The translations under genes were made by a program, and so were the position numbers. 64,000 nucleotides of DNA. Source: Dictyostelium discoideum (taxonomy: Eukaryota). The notes below the pieces were generated by a model. It had not been told where the DNA came from, ran no database searches, and worked only from the letters and a program-made list of their open reading frames with translations. The DNA lies in NCBI GenBank assembly GCA_000004695.1, contig CM000151.3:5600001-5664000 (forward strand), written 5' to 3'. Below are positions 1-15,334 of the stretch, in pieces; the stretch's first letter is position 1, and the number at the start of each line of letters is the position of its first letter.

Positions 1-308
1 TTTTTTTTTTTTTTTTTTTTTTTTTGATATTTTCAATAAAAATAACTATTATTTAATTATTATTTACACTTGTAAATAATTGTATTTTTAACTATTTATT
101 AAAATAATAATAATAATAAATAAAATTAATTAATTAAAGTAATTAATTTTTTTTTTTTTATATACAGTTAATATTTTTATTATTATTATTATTATTTATT
201 ATTATTTTTTTTTTAAAAAAATAAATAAATTAAAATTTTTTTTTTTAAAAAAAAAATATAAAATAAATTAAAATCTTGTAATATAAAAAAAAAAAAAAAA
301 AAAAAAAA

Positions 309-1192
309 ATGGCATATAAAAGTCAACATGGTGTTGATGATATGGTTATGTTATCAAAAATTGCAAATGATTCAATTTTAGATAATTTAAAGAAAAGATA
401 TGGTGGTGATGTTATTTATGTAAGTCTAAAAATTTGGATTTTTTTTTTTTTTTTTGGACTCCAAATTTTTAATTTTCAGAATTTTTATTTTTTTTCCATA
501 AATTAAAATTATACTAATATTTTTTTTATATATTTTATTTATTTATTTATTTATTTTTTTTTTTTTTTTATATAAATAATTATTTAATTTTTAGACATAT
601 ATTGGAAATGTATTAATTTCAGTTAATCCATTTAAACAAATCAAAAATTTATATTCTGAAAGAAATTTATTAGAGTATAGAGGTAAATTTAGATATGAAT
701 TACCACCACATGCATATGCAGTAGCAGATGATATGTATAGAAGTATGTATGCTGAAGGTCAATCACAATGTGTTATCATTTCTGGTGAATCAGGTGCAGG
801 TAAAACTGAAGCAGCAAAATTAATTATGCAATATATTGCAGCAGTCTCTGGTAAGGGTGCCGATGTATCAAGAGTAAAAGATGTAATCTTGGAATCAAAT
901 CCATTGTTGGAAGCATTTGGTAATGCAAAAACTTTACGTAATAATAATTCATCACGTTTTGGTAAATATATGGAAGTTCAATTCAATGGTATCGGTGATC
1001 CAGAAGGTGGTAGAGTTACCAATTATCTCTTAGAAAAATCACGTGTTGTCTATCAAACTAAAGGTGAAAGAAATTTTCATATCTTTTATCAATTATTATC
1101 TGGTGCAAATCAACAATTAAAAAGTAAGTAAAATTAAATTCATAAAAAAAAAAATAAAAAAAAAGTTAATAATAAATTAAAAATATTAATAA

Positions 1193-1234
<42 letters not shown>

Positions 1235-3926
1235 AGGTGAATTAAGATTAGATACACCAGATAAATTTAATTATTTATCAGCAAGTGGTTGTTATACTGT
1301 TGATGGAGTTGATGATTCAGGTGAATTTCAAGATGTTTGTAAAGCAATGAAAGTTATTGGATTGACTGATAGTGAACAAAAGGAAGTATTTAGATTGGTA
1401 GCAGCTATTCTATATTTGGGTAATGTTGGATTTAAGAATAATGCAAAAGATGAGGCAGCTATTGATCAACAATCAAAGAAAGCATTGGAGAATTTTGCAT
1501 TCTTGATGCAAACCGATGTATCATCATGTGAGAAAGCACTTTGTTTTAGAACGATTTCAACTGGTACTCAAGGTAGAAGTGCACGTGTTTCAACCTATGC
1601 ATGTCCACAAAATTCAGAGGGTGCATATTATTCACGTGATGCACTTGCAAAAGCATTGTATAGTCGTTTGTTTGATTGGATTGTTGGTAGGGTAAACTCT
1701 GCATTGGGATATAAACAAAACTCTCAATCTTTGATGATTGGTATTTTGGATATCTATGGTTTTGAAATCTTTGAAAAGAATGGTTTCGAACAAATGGTAA
1801 TCAATTATGTCAATGAACGTTTACAACAAATCTTTATAGAGTTAACCTTGAAAACTGAACAGGAAGAATACTTTAATGAAGGTATTCAATGGGAACAAAT
1901 CGATTATTTCAATAATAAGATCTGTTGTGATCTCATTGAAAGTAAGAAACCAGCTGGTATCCTAACGATATTGGATGACGTTTGCAATTTCCCAAAAGGT
2001 GATGATCAAAAGTTTTTAGACCGTTTAAAGGAATCATTCTCTTCACATGCCCATTTCCAAAGTGCTGCTCAATCTTCATCATCTTTCACCATTAAACATT
2101 ATGCTGGTGATGTGGAATATTGTGCAGAAGGTTTCGTTGATAAGAATAAAGATTTACTCTTTAATGATTTGGTTGAATTGGCAGCTTGTACCACCAGTAA
2201 ATTAATTCCTCAATTATTCCCAGAGATCAATTGTGAAAAGGATAAAAGAAAACCAACAACTGCCGGTTTCAAAATTAAAGAATCCATTGGTGCTTTGGTT
2301 AAGGCATTATCAGCTTGTACACCCCATTACATTCGTTGTATCAAACCAAATGGAAATAAACGTGCCAATGATTTCGATACTTCATTGGTTATGCATCAAG
2401 TTAAATATTTGGGTCTCTTGGAAAATGTTAGAATTCGTAGAGCTGGTTATGCCTATCGTCAAACTTATGACAAATTCTTTTACCGTTATCGTGTATGTTG
2501 TAAAGAAACCTGGCCAAATTGGACAGGTGGTTTCGAATCTGGTGTTGAAACCATTCTAAAATCAATGGACTTGGAACCAAAACAATACTCTAAAGGTAAA
2601 ACAAAAATATTCATTCGTGCCCCAGAAACAGTTTTCAATCTCGAAGAACTAAGAGAGAGAAAGGTTTTCACCTATGCAAATAAACTTCAAAGATTCTTCC
2701 TTCGTTTCACTTTGATGAGCTACTATTATTCAATTCAAAAGGGTGCTGCAGACTCTATGAAATCAAATAAAGAGAGAAGAAGATTATCAATCGAAAGACC
2801 TTATCAAGGTGATTACATAAACTATAGAGAAAACTTTGAACTCAAAGATATCGTTAAAAAGAATGGAAATGAAAAGATTATGTTCACTCATGCCGTTAAC
2901 AAATATGATCGTAGATCAAGATGTCAACGTCGTGTATTACTTTTAAGTGATACTGCCATTTATTTCATCGCAACCGAAAAGAATAAGGATAAAGAAGATC
3001 GTAAAAAGAGACCTTGGATTTACGTTCAAAAGAGAAGACTTTTATTGGCTGGTATCACCTCTGTAGAATTATCAAAGTTATCCGATGGTTTCGTAGTTTT
3101 GAAAACAATGAATGAACACGATCAAATCTTTGAATGTCGTAGAAAAACCGAATTCCTTGGTACCCTTATCAAAGCTTATAAAACTGGTACACTTCGTATC
3201 AATTATAACAATTCAATTGGTGTTGCAATTAAAGCAAGCAAACAAGGTGGTAAAGGTAAAGAACGTATAATCCTCTTTGAAAAAGGTATTAAACCAGGTG
3301 AATCGGTTTTCAAAGGAACTAAAGTATCAACTCCATCCGATGGTTTACCAGCTGATACCGTTCCAAATTTAACACCACCAGAATCATTACCAGTCGTTTC
3401 AATTCCAATCTATAAACCAGCAATGAATGCAAAGAATGCCCCTCAAAATAGTGGTGGCCCTGCTTCAAATGTAAAACCATCCGCTAAAGCACTTTACGAT
3501 TTCGATGCTGAATCCTCAATGGAATTATCTTTCAAAGAGGGTGATATTCTCACTGTTTTAGATCAAAGCTCTGGTGATTGGTGGGATGCCGAGTTAAAAG
3601 GTCGTCGTGGTAAAGTTCCTTCAAATTATTTACAATTGATAAAGAATGCTGCCCCACCAAGAGCTGGTGGTCCACCAGTTCCAACTGGTAATCGTGCTCC
3701 AACTACAACTACAACTTCTGGTGGCTCAACTCGTGGTGGTTTCAATAATGGCCCATCAACTGCTCCATCAGGTCGTGGTGCTGCTCCTCCATCATCTCGT
3801 GGTGGTATGGCTCCAAGAGGTGGCTCGGTAGCTCCTCCATCATCTCGTGGTGGTATTGCTCCAAGAGGTGGTATTGCTCCAAGAGGTGGTATGGCACCAA
3901 GAGGTGGAATGGCACCAAGAGTTTAA
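309..3926 (+). CDS. Long-tailed class I myosin (myoB/C/D family). Three exons: 309..419, 595..1123, 1237..3926.
   Basis: Motor domain motifs are present: P-loop [20 protein letters not shown] (switch I), LDIYGFE (switch II) and an IQ region. The tail has a basic TH1 region, a Gly/Pro/Ala-rich region and an SH3 domain ([24 protein letters not shown]...[20 protein letters not shown]). Introns are GTAAGT..TTTTAG and GTAAGT..TTAAAG, and exon phases agree with ORF-track frames. Which long-tailed paralogue (myoB, myoC or myoD) cannot be decided by eye. Confidence 0.9.
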
Positions 3927-4370
3927 AGAATTTTGTCTCGACATCTTTTTTTTTTTTTAAAAAAATAAAAAACAAATTAAAAATTTTAAAAAAAAGAAAC
4001 ATTAATAACAATTAAACTCCAAAAAAAAAAAAAAAAAACAAAAAACATTATATTTATTTATCAGTGCATATATAAAAAAAAAAAAAAAAAAAAAATAAAA
4101 AAAATAAAAAAAAAATAATAAGTTATATAACTTTTTTTCAATTATTTGTTTAATAATTTTTTATTTATTTTTTATTTTATTTTTTTTTTAATATAAGTTT
4201 TTTGAGATTTAGATATTTTTTAAAATAAATTGGTAAAAATATCCAAAATCATTTTATTTTTTTAAGATTTGTGTAATTTTACAAACAAAAAAAAAAAAAA
4301 AATAAAAAAATAAAAATCTTTTTTTTTTTTTTTAATTTCATTCAGAAAAAAAAAAACGACAAACTAAAAA

Positions 4371-4982
4371 ATGATCAAACAATTAATTTCAAAATCAATT
4401 AAATTATCATTTAATTCAAATAATAAATTAAGATCATTTAGATCATTCGGTTCATGTTGTGGTGGTAATAACAATAGTAATAATACAACAGTTGCCAAAG
4501 AAAAAGTTGAAGAACCAAAAATCCAAGAAATTACAATTGAAGATTTCTTTAAAGTTGATTTAAGAGTCGCAAAAGTAATTGCTTGCGAACAAGTTCAAGG
4601 CTCTAAAAAATTATTAAAGTTAAGTTTGGATTTAGGTTTTAAAAAACAAGAACCAACCACAACAACAACAACAACAACACCACCACCAACAGAAACTAAA
4701 GATTTAGAAACATCAAGTGATACTCAAGAACAAAATAATCAACCAGAATTAATTAAAGATATTAGAACAGTATATAGTGGTATAAAATTATTCTATGAAC
4801 CAGATCAATTAAAAGGTAAAAATGTTATTTTTGTTTCAAATTTAAAACCAAGACAAATGAAAATAGGAAAAGAAGTTGTTATTTCTGAAGGTATGGTACT
4901 TTGTGCAAGTTCTGAAGATAATAAAAAAGTATTATATACAACAACAGATGGCGAAGCTGATCCAGGTATGAAAGTATTTTAA
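4371..4982 (+). CDS. tRNA-binding (Myf/EMAP-II/Trbp111-type OB-fold) domain protein, possibly organelle-targeted.
   Basis: Single 203-aa ORF. The C-terminal ~100 aa, FKVDLRVAKVIACEQVQGSKKLLKLSLDLG ... YSGIKLFYEPDQLKGKNVIFVSNLKPRQMKIGKEVVISEGMVLCA, matches the tRNA-binding arm shared by MetRS C-termini, Arc1p and p43/AIMP1. The N-terminus (MIKQLISKSIKLSFNSNNKLRSFRSF) looks like a mitochondrial presequence. Confidence 0.7.
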   Translation: MIKQLISKSIKLSFNSNNKLRSFRSFGSCCGGNNNSNNTTVAKEKVEEPKIQEITIEDFFKVDLRVAKVIACEQVQGSKKLLKLSLDLGFKKQEPTTTTTTTTPPPTETKDLETSSDTQEQNNQPELIKDIRTVYSGIKLFYEPDQLKGKNVIFVSNLKPRQMKIGKEVVISEGMVLCASSEDNKKVLYTTTDGEADPGMKVF

Positions 4983-5061
4983 ATAATAATAATAAAAAAA
5001 AAATAAATATCACATTTTGGTATAATTAGGAATTTACTTTAGTTTGATTTCATATATATTA

Positions 5062-5096
<35 letters not shown>

Positions 5097-5275
5097 CACA
5101 ATTATTTTTTTAATTTGAATCTTTTTTTTTTTTTTTGTTTTTTTTTTTATTTTTTATTTTTTCATTTCAAATTGTACAATGTGGTAATAAAAATAACAAT
5201 ATAAAGAAAGAAAAAGAAAAAAAAAAAGAGATAAAAAATATAAAACATAGGGTATTTTTATTATAAAATAAAAAG

Positions 5276-5981
5276 ATGGATCAAACAAATAGTGAAGATG
5301 GGTTTTTAAAAAGATTAAAAGATAAAACTAATGGCTATTTAGATACCTTACCTTTAATGACAAGGTTTTTTTTCATATTATGTGTAATATTATTTTTAAT
5401 ACAAATAATTTTTCAAATTCAAATATTTTCCATTTGTTTTTCACCAAAATTGTTATCAATGGATTTTATAAATAATTGTAAGTTTAAAAATTGAATTTAA
5501 AAATTTGGAAATATATTATTTTTTTTATTAATATTCTTTTTTTAATTTAGTTTATAAAATGATAATATCAAATTTTTTTCATTTAAATTTACTTCATATT
5601 TTATTTAATATGTTATCATTTATACCACTGGGAACAGTATTGGAAAGAAATAAATTTGGAAGTTTACTTTTTTTTTATTTGATTTTATTATTTAGTGTAT
5701 TAATATCTATGATGAATTTCATATTATCGTTAGTGGCATATTATTTGGATATTGGATATTCATATTATTCTTGTTCAGTTGGTTTCTCTGGTTGTATTTT
5801 TGCATTGTTAACTATACACTGTTTCAATGATAATTTGGTATCATTATATGGTATAACAAGAATACCATCAAAGCTCTATCCATGGGCAATTTTAATTATT
5901 ACAAATTTCATTCTACCAATGACTTCATTTGTTGGTCATTTATCTGGTATTTTAATCGGTACATTATGTATGTATAAATAA
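5276..5981 (+). CDS. Rhomboid-family intramembrane serine protease. Two exons: 5276..5477, 5551..5981.
   Basis: Exon 2 carries the rhomboid catalytic GFSGCIFALL (GxSG Ser) and a downstream VGHLSGILIG (catalytic His in an AHxxGxxxG-like context). There are multiple TM helices. Exon 1 supplies TM1. The intron is GTAAGT..TTTAG in phase 1 and joins ...FINN/F-YKMIIS in frame. Confidence 0.75.
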
Positions 5982-6051
5982 TAATATTATTTTTTATTAT
6001 AGTATTGGGTATTAATCTTTTTTTTTTTTTTTTTTTTTAAAAAATATAGAT

Positions 6052-6462
6052 ATGAATGGATATTTAAATTGCTTCATTTTATCAGAAAGAAGATTTTGCG
6101 AAATTGAACTTTCAAATAATTTAAATTTTATAACAAACCAAAGAGGATTCATTTCAAGTTCCAATTTTTCTTGTACCTCTTCTTTTGTTGATTTAGGTTC
6201 ATCATCATCTTTGGATAGTAATTTTGCAAGGTTAAAAAGATTTTTTGTGAGTCATACTAATAATAGTGGAGGTAGACAATTGGGTACAGTTTCATCAAAT
6301 TTAGAGCAAGAGGATGTAGAAAAACCATTTAGTAATAACGACAATAATATAAATACTGAAATTAGTAGTGATAATACTCAACAACAGCAACAACAGCAGC
6401 AACAAACAGCATCTCCAAATGTATTAAAATATTCTCCATTGATTGATATGTCTAAAATTTAA
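6052..6462 (+). CDS. Hypothetical Ser/Asn/Gln-rich protein (136-aa ORF). The gene model is uncertain and upstream exons are possible.
   Basis: Open frame with a poly-Q tract encoded by CAACAG repeats. No recognisable domain. Codon usage is compatible with Dictyostelium coding sequence, but support is weak. Confidence 0.3.
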   Translation: MNGYLNCFILSERRFCEIELSNNLNFITNQRGFISSSNFSCTSSFVDLGSSSSLDSNFARLKRFFVSHTNNSGGRQLGTVSSNLEQEDVEKPFSNNDNNINTEISSDNTQQQQQQQQQTASPNVLKYSPLIDMSKI

Positions 6463-6709
6463 ATATATCAGCACTAAATCATATTTTATTTTTACTTTTT
6501 ATTTTTTTAAATCCTTCGTTGATTTCTAATTCAGTAAATTAATTTAATATTATTGTTTTATAATAACAACCAAAACAAAACAATTTAAAATATATTAAAT
6601 TAAATGGAAATAAAAAATAAAAAAAAATATTCTAACTTGTGTTTCATAAAAAATAATTTAAAATTAATATCTGGTTTCAATTATTAATTCATGAATGACC
6701 ATTTTCTCG

Positions 6710-6740
<31 letters not shown>

Positions 6741-6830
6741 TATCCCATTGGTTCGTTTTTTTAAAATTTTTTTTTTTGAATTTTTTAAAATTTTTTTTTT
6801 TTATTAAATTAAAAAATAATCAATTTAAAA

Positions 6831-8318
6831 ATGATTAAAAGTTGTAAAAGGTTTTACTCTGTCGCAAAAAATAATCCCAAACAAACGTTATATGAATTAC
6901 CTCTAATAAAAGCATCAGAATTCCCAGAATATAATTCATCAGACTATTTTAAGTTTGAAGTTATTCATCAATCTAAAAAATCAAATGCAAGAGTTACTAA
7001 AATTACAACACCTCATGGAATGTAAGATATTATAAAAATTAAAAATAGAGTTTTTAATTTTTTTTTTTTTTTTATTAATTTTTATTTTTTAGTATAATGC
7101 AACCAAATTTTGTTCCTGTTGGAACTGTGGGAACAATTAAATTTTTAGATCCAATATCCACAAAAGATACAAAATCACAATTGATGTTTGTAAATACATA
7201 CCATATGGTAGTAAATTCAGATCCAAAATTAATAGAAGAAGCAGGAGGTTTGCATAAATTTATAAATTATCAAAATCCAATAATAACAGATTCAGGTGGA
7301 TTTCAAGTATTTAGTCTTGGGCATCCAGAATCAAAAAATAATGAAAATGAAAATAACAGTGATAATGACAATAAAGTTGAAGTTTTAAATAAAGAGGAAA
7401 AAAGGGAATTAAAAGGAATGTCTGGTAAAAAATATGAAGGTTCAATAGCAAGTATAAAAGATAGTGGTGTTAAATTTTTATCATATAAAAACGGTGACAC
7501 CATTGAATTGGGGCCTGTTTCATCAATTAAATATCAAAAACAATTAGGTGCTGATATTATCATCCCCTTTGATGAATTACCACCTTATCATATGGACGAA
7601 AAAAAGATTTTACGTTCACTTCATAGAACTCATCATTGGGAAGCAACCTCATTACTCGAACATATTAAGGACCCAAGAAAACAAGCAATCTATTCAGTTA
7701 TACATGGTGGTGTTAATATTGAAATGAGAAAACAGTCTATCGATTATCTAACTTCCTTACCATTTGATGGTATTGCTCTTGGTGGTAGTTTAGGTAAAGA
7801 TCGTAATGAAATGAAAGAACTCTTAAAAACTATAATACCATTCATCCCAAAAAACAAACCAAATCATTTATTGGGAATTGGTGATTTAGAATCAATCACT
7901 TCAATAATTCCATTAGGAATTGATAGTTTTGACTCTTCATATCCTACTCGCTCAGCTAGACATGGTCAAATAATTATTGCAGATGAACAATCTTACTTTT
8001 TAATAAAAAATCAAGAAAATAGAATAAAAATAGATGAGCCATTAGATAAATCATGTGATTGTCATACGTATGTATTTTTTTTTTTTTTTTTTTTGCCAAT
8101 TTTTTTTTTTTTTATTTTCCAAATCTAATATTATTTATTTTTTTTTTTTTTTCCAAAAATCTATTTATAGTTGCAAAAACTATTCAAAAGCATATATTCA
8201 TCATCTCTTTAAATCTCATGAACAAATTTATTTTACCCTTGCGACTCAACACAATTTAAGAGCCATGTCAAGGTTAATGGAAAATTATAGAAATAAAATA
8301 TTACAAAATGAGGTTTAG
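6831..8318 (+). CDS. Queuine tRNA-ribosyltransferase, catalytic-subunit type (QTRT1/TGT-like). Three exons: 6831..7021, 7093..8067, 8171..8318.
   Basis: FKFEV..ARV..ITTPHG + FVPVGTVGTIK (TGT N-terminus), NTYHMV, GGLHKF..DSGGFQVFSL (substrate-binding Asp), LGIDSFDSSYPTRSARHG (nucleophile Asp context GVDMFDCV), and the zinc site CDCHTC..KAYIHHL split by the second intron. Introns are GTAAGA..TTTTTTAG and GTATGT..TTTATAG. Phases were verified against all three ORF-track frames. Confidence 0.85.
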
Positions 8319-8424
8319 ACCCTTTTATATTTATTTTTTATTATCTAACTTTTTTTTTTTTTATTATAATGATTATAATTTTTTTTATTACAATTATTAT
8401 AATTTTTTTTTTTATTTTTATTTT

Positions 8425-10683
<2,259 letters not shown>

Positions 10684-10687
10684 ATTG

Positions 10688-10721
<34 letters not shown>

Positions 10722-11768
10722 AAAAATAATAAAAAAATCAGAATGGACCGCACATTTAAAAACTTTTTTTTTTATTATATTTTGTCTATTTAAAAATAAA
10801 GATATAAATTAATATCCTATTTTTAATTCTTTCTTTGTCAATTGAAGGTCTTAAAAAAAAAAGAAAAAAAAAAAAAAGAAAAAAATTGGTTTGTGAAAAA
10901 CAATATCTTTTTACCAACTTTTTTAATCCATAATAAAAAAAAAAAATAAAAATTTCATCACCTTTTTTTTCACCTTCAAAGTGAGGACTGTTTTTTAAAA
11001 AAAAAAAAAAAGATTTTTGAGCAAAAAAACCATTTTTTTTTGTATTTTTTTTTTTTTTTTGGGGTAACCCATATTTATAAATCTTCTGAATTTTTTTTTT
11101 TTTTTAATTTTCAAATTACGAAAAAAACTTTGACAAAAAAAAAAAAAAAATTTAATAAAATTTTGATTTTAATTTTTTGTTAAATTTTTTTTTTAATAAA
11201 AAATTTTAAAATTAATAAAGTTTGGTTAAGTTTATGGTTTTTTAAAAAAATAAATTTTTTTTATTTTTCTTATTTTTATTTTTTTTTTTTTTATTTTCAC
11301 TGATTTCCGACCTTAAATTCTTTTTTTAATTTTTTGATGGTTTTATTTATTTATTTATTATTATTTACTTTTTTTTTTTTAGTTATTTTTTAAATGTTTT
11401 TTGTTATTTCGAAATTTCATTTTATTATAATAATGGATTATTCTAAATATAGGTTTTTTTTTCTTTTTTTTGTTTTTTTTTTTTCTTTTGTTGAATGACT
11501 CATATAAATTTTCATTTTCTTAAAAAATTAAATTGTTGTTAACTTGGAAATTTTAAGTGGTATATAAATTGCAGGGAATTGCGGGAACTGTGAAATTTTT
11601 TTTTTTTTTTTTTTTTATAATTTTTTATTTATTTATTTATTTTTACAACATGATTATAATTAATATAATTTTAATTTTTTTTTTTTTTTTTTATCATTTC
11701 TTTATAATTAATATAATTTTAATTTTTTTTTTTTTTAAACACTTTTATTATTTTTTTTATTATTTTTT

Positions 11769-12686
11769 TTAATCATTTTTCTTTATGTTTAATAAATTCT
11801 TAACCCTCGAAAACAATTTAGCTTCTATAAATTTTAAATTTTTTTCAAAAATTGATGAAGCTAAATTTATGAGTAAAAAACCTAAAACCACTAAACAACT
11901 ACCAAATAAATACATCAATGTGAATTTTTTACCGGTTCTAACGAAATCTGAAATCATTGCGAATGGAATTGATAAAGATAAGCCAATTGAATTAATTACA
12001 GGACTTGTCATTACAACTGAATAGGAATCCAATAGGTCGGAAATGAAACTACCGAAAATTCCATTAAATATTAAGTATACCAATACTCTTGATGATGGTA
12101 ATTCAAATACTTCCCAACTTGTAAGATTTAAAATGAAAAATATTGGCCATAAAAAGATTAAATTAAATAAACCTAAATATCCAAACATCATTGGCATTGG
12201 TAAATTCTCTTCTGATCCAATTAATTTCTTTACTAAAACTGAATATAATCCATATAAAAATGCACCAACTATTGCTAAAATATCACCAACTACAGTATCC
12301 GAACCATTTGAATTTTTATCAAAATCTGAATAACTAACTAAAATAACACCACTTAATCTAATAATAATAAAGAATTTTAAAAAATTATTATTATTATTAT
12401 TATAAGTACTTTTTTTTTTTTTTTTTTTTTTTTTAATTTTAGTTTATTCCAATAATTACGTTAATAAAGTTGCAAATAATTTTTCAATTGTAAATTTATC
12501 AACTTTGAAAATAACACTTAAAAACAAAGAAAATATACCAGAAAGTGTTGAAAGGATTGTATTTGTAGAGACAGAAGTTTTATCTAATGATAGATTATAT
12601 GTATAATTTGCAAAGAACCAAAATGGTGCCAATAAAAGACTTATTCTTAAAATTTGTTTTAGTGTAAATTTATAATTTGTTGTTGC

Positions 12687-12732
<46 letters not shown>

Positions 12733-13341
12733 GATGTTGATATAGTTTTTGATAAACCTGTTTCTAAATTTTTATCTTTAATTATTATTGGTGTTGTTGA
12801 TTCATTTTTATTTAAATTATTTTCATAATCGTAATCATTATCTTGTTTAGTATTAAATGGAATTGATGTCCATTTTTTCCACTTTATAAAATAACCTCCT
12901 AAATAAAATGAAAATATTGATGTTCCAAAATATGTAAGAAAGAATGGTTTATCATATGATTCACTTGTAAAAATAATCTATATATATATATTTATTATTT
13001 ATTTATTTAGAAAGGTAAATATTAGTATTGTTGGTAAATAATTATAATTTAAATTTAAAAAAAAAAAAAAAATATAACATACTTGAGTAATAATACTTGA
13101 AGCTACCCATAAAGATACAACTGATAATACTAATAAACTACCAATAACATGCCTTCTAACTTTTTTAGTATTTGATTCTTTTTGTGAAATTGATAAAGGT
13201 AATTCATCATCTTCATTATCACCATTTATTGATTTAATGATTGGTGTAATATCGGTGATTTCATTACTACTTATACTACTACTACTTCCTTTATTAATTC
13301 TATTATTATCTTTGTTATTACTATTATTATTACTATTATTA

Positions 13342-13373
<32 letters not shown>

Positions 13374-13568
13374 CCGTATATATTTATTGTTATTTATATC
13401 GTCTGTTATTATGTACAATTCTTCATTTTCAATTATATTATTATTTTCATAATGGTTCACATTATTATTATATTCATATTCTACATTATTGTTATTATTA
13501 TTATTATTATTGTTACTAGTTATTATATCACTTTCATTATTATTACTATTATTATTATTATTACTCAT
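11769..13568 (-). CDS. SLC35F/EamA-like (drug/metabolite transporter superfamily) multi-pass membrane transporter. Three exons on the minus strand: 13568..13083, 12977..12460, 12357..11769.
   Basis: The N-terminal Asn-rich low-complexity region is followed by about 10 predicted TM helices. Motifs typical of SLC35F/Thi74-like carriers are present (...FFLTYFGTSIFSF..., ...LAIVGAFLYGLYSVLVKK..., ...SPVINSIGLSLSIPFAMISD...). Both introns are about 100 bp, GTATGT..TATAG and GTAATT..TTATTAG. The joined frame matches ORF 11769..12197 (MPMMFGY...). Confidence 0.75.
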
Positions 13569-13867
13569 AATTTATATGTGTGATAGTGCATAGGGTGGTC
13601 AAAAAAAAATGAAAAAAAAAAAAAAAAAGATATTTTAAATGTAAAAAATTAAAAAAAAAAAAAAAAAAAACGGGGAACTAATTAATTCCCTTTATTATAA
13701 GATTTTTTTATTATTTTAAATAAAGAGTTCTGTTTTTTTTTTTTTTTTACTATTTTTTTATTTTTGTGACAAACTGGTGTCTATAAAAATTTAAAACACC
13801 CAAGCACTTTATTTTTATTTTTATTTTTTATTTTTTTTTTCTTTAAATTAAAAAGATATTTATGTCG

Positions 13868-13900
<33 letters not shown>

Positions 13901-13947
13901 TAAATTATTTTAGATAATAATAATAATTTTTTTTTTTTTCTTTCATA

Positions 13948-14936
13948 ATGAATGAAAATTCTATTTTTGTTTCTATTATAAGTTATAGGGATAGTGGTAT
14001 ATATTTTTTATTTTTATTCTTATTTTATAACAATAATTGTTAAGTAAAAAAAAAAAAAAAAAAAAATTTATAAAATTTAACAACTTTTTTTTTTAATTTA
14101 TAAAATTTTAGAATGTCAATGGACTATCAAGAATTTAATTGAATTAGCAAAATATAAAGAAAATATATTCATTGGAGTATGTTTACAATATTCAATGAAT
14201 GATGATAGTGATAATAAATGTTTTCAATTTAACTTTGAAGAAGAATATGGTAAAAATCAAATAAGAATTATTAGAATGAATCATACAGAGGCCAAAGGAC
14301 CATGCTATGCAAGAGCATTAGTTCAACAACAATTATTCAAAGGTGAAAAATATTATCTTCAAATTGATAGTCATATGAGATTTGTAAAAGATTGGGATAT
14401 AGAAATGATAAATCAATTATTACAATGTAAAAAACCAAATGATGATAATGGTGGTATGGTTATTGATGAAAAAGCAATTTTAACATGTTATCCAATGGGA
14501 TATAAATTACCAAATTTAATACCAACTCATAGATTTCCAATATTATTAGTGGCAAGTGGATTTGGAGAGAATGATGGTTTCTTAAGATTAGGCGGTAAAA
14601 TTGTATCAAAAAAGTTAATTGAACCATGTTCATCATTATTTTGGGTTTCAGGTTTTAGTTTTTCACGTTCAGATATAATTAATAGTGTACCATATGATCC
14701 AAATTTACAATATCTTTTCTTTGGTGAAGAGATATCAATGTCTGCACGTTTATTCACTCATGGTTATAATTTTTATAGTCCAACTAAAACTTTAATTTTT
14801 CATCTTTGGAATAGAGATTATCGTTCAACATTTAGAGAAAATAATTCTTTAGAGATTCAAAAATTGGAAGAAAATTCAAAAAAAAGGTTATTAATTTTAT
14901 TTAATCAAAATAATAATAATATTAATGATAATGATG

Positions 14937-15032
<96 letters not shown>

Positions 15033-15053
15033 GTAGTAGTAGTAGTAGTAGTA

Positions 15054-15092
<39 letters not shown>

Positions 15093-15102
15093 GTAGTAGT
15101 AC

Positions 15103-15135
<33 letters not shown>

Positions 15136-15334
15136 TGATGGAATTAAAATAGAACTTAAATATAACCTTGGTAAAATTAAAAGTTTAGATGATTATTCAA
15201 ATTATTGTGGTGTAGATTTTAAAAATAAAACGATTAATAATAAAGGTAAATTTGGGGGTTATTATGAAGAAAGAGAAACATTTTTTATGAATGAAATTAT
15301 GGAGTATGTAATTAAATCCCAAATCGGTATTTAA
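13948..15334 (+). CDS. Cytoplasmic GT-A-fold glycosyltransferase resembling the Skp1 hydroxyproline GlcNAc-transferase Gnt1 (GT60-like). Two exons: 13948..13996, 14112..15334. Predicted length about 423 aa.
   Basis: Exon 1 ([16 protein letters not shown]) plus exon 2 gives the SIFVSI(A/I)SYRDSECQ N-terminus typical of this family, with no signal anchor. A DxH motif (QIDSHMRF) is present. The C-terminal half contains a poly-Asn/Ser insertion of about 70 codons, (AAT)n/(AGT)n. The identification as the Gnt1 orthologue itself is from memory of the family and is not certain. Confidence 0.7.
14932..15130. repeat. (AAT)n with an (AGT)n block. It forms a coding poly-Asn/Ser insertion in the glycosyltransferase.
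   Basis: Direct reading. Confidence 0.95.

Noticed and set aside
2233-3831. ORFs 2233..2559+, 2486..2671- and 3646..3831+ overlapping the myosin gene.
   Set aside because: They are out of frame or antisense to the well-supported myosin exon 3. The last is the G/A/P-rich tail read in another frame.
5476-5494. Stop codon closing ORF 5276..5494 (…NNCKFKN*).
   Set aside because: This is not the real protein end. A GTAAGT donor at 5478 splices into the 5559 ORF, the rhomboid, so the last 5 codons are intron read-through. The same situation applies to the ends of ORFs 309..506, 733..1131, 6831..7025, 7097..8128, 9613..10683, 12999..13568, 18738..19043, 20256..20462, 24997..25863, 27580..30768, 30979..44790, 48871..49257, 59230..59691 and 60519..61235.
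11051-11062. ACCCATAT motif resembling the Dictyostelium ncRNA upstream sequence element (DUSE, about [AT]CCCA[CT]AA).
   Set aside because: It has one mismatch to the consensus as I remember it. No GC-richer structured RNA-like segment lies about 60 bp downstream, only poly-A/T. It is most likely a chance match in the promoter of the minus-strand Q/N-rich gene.
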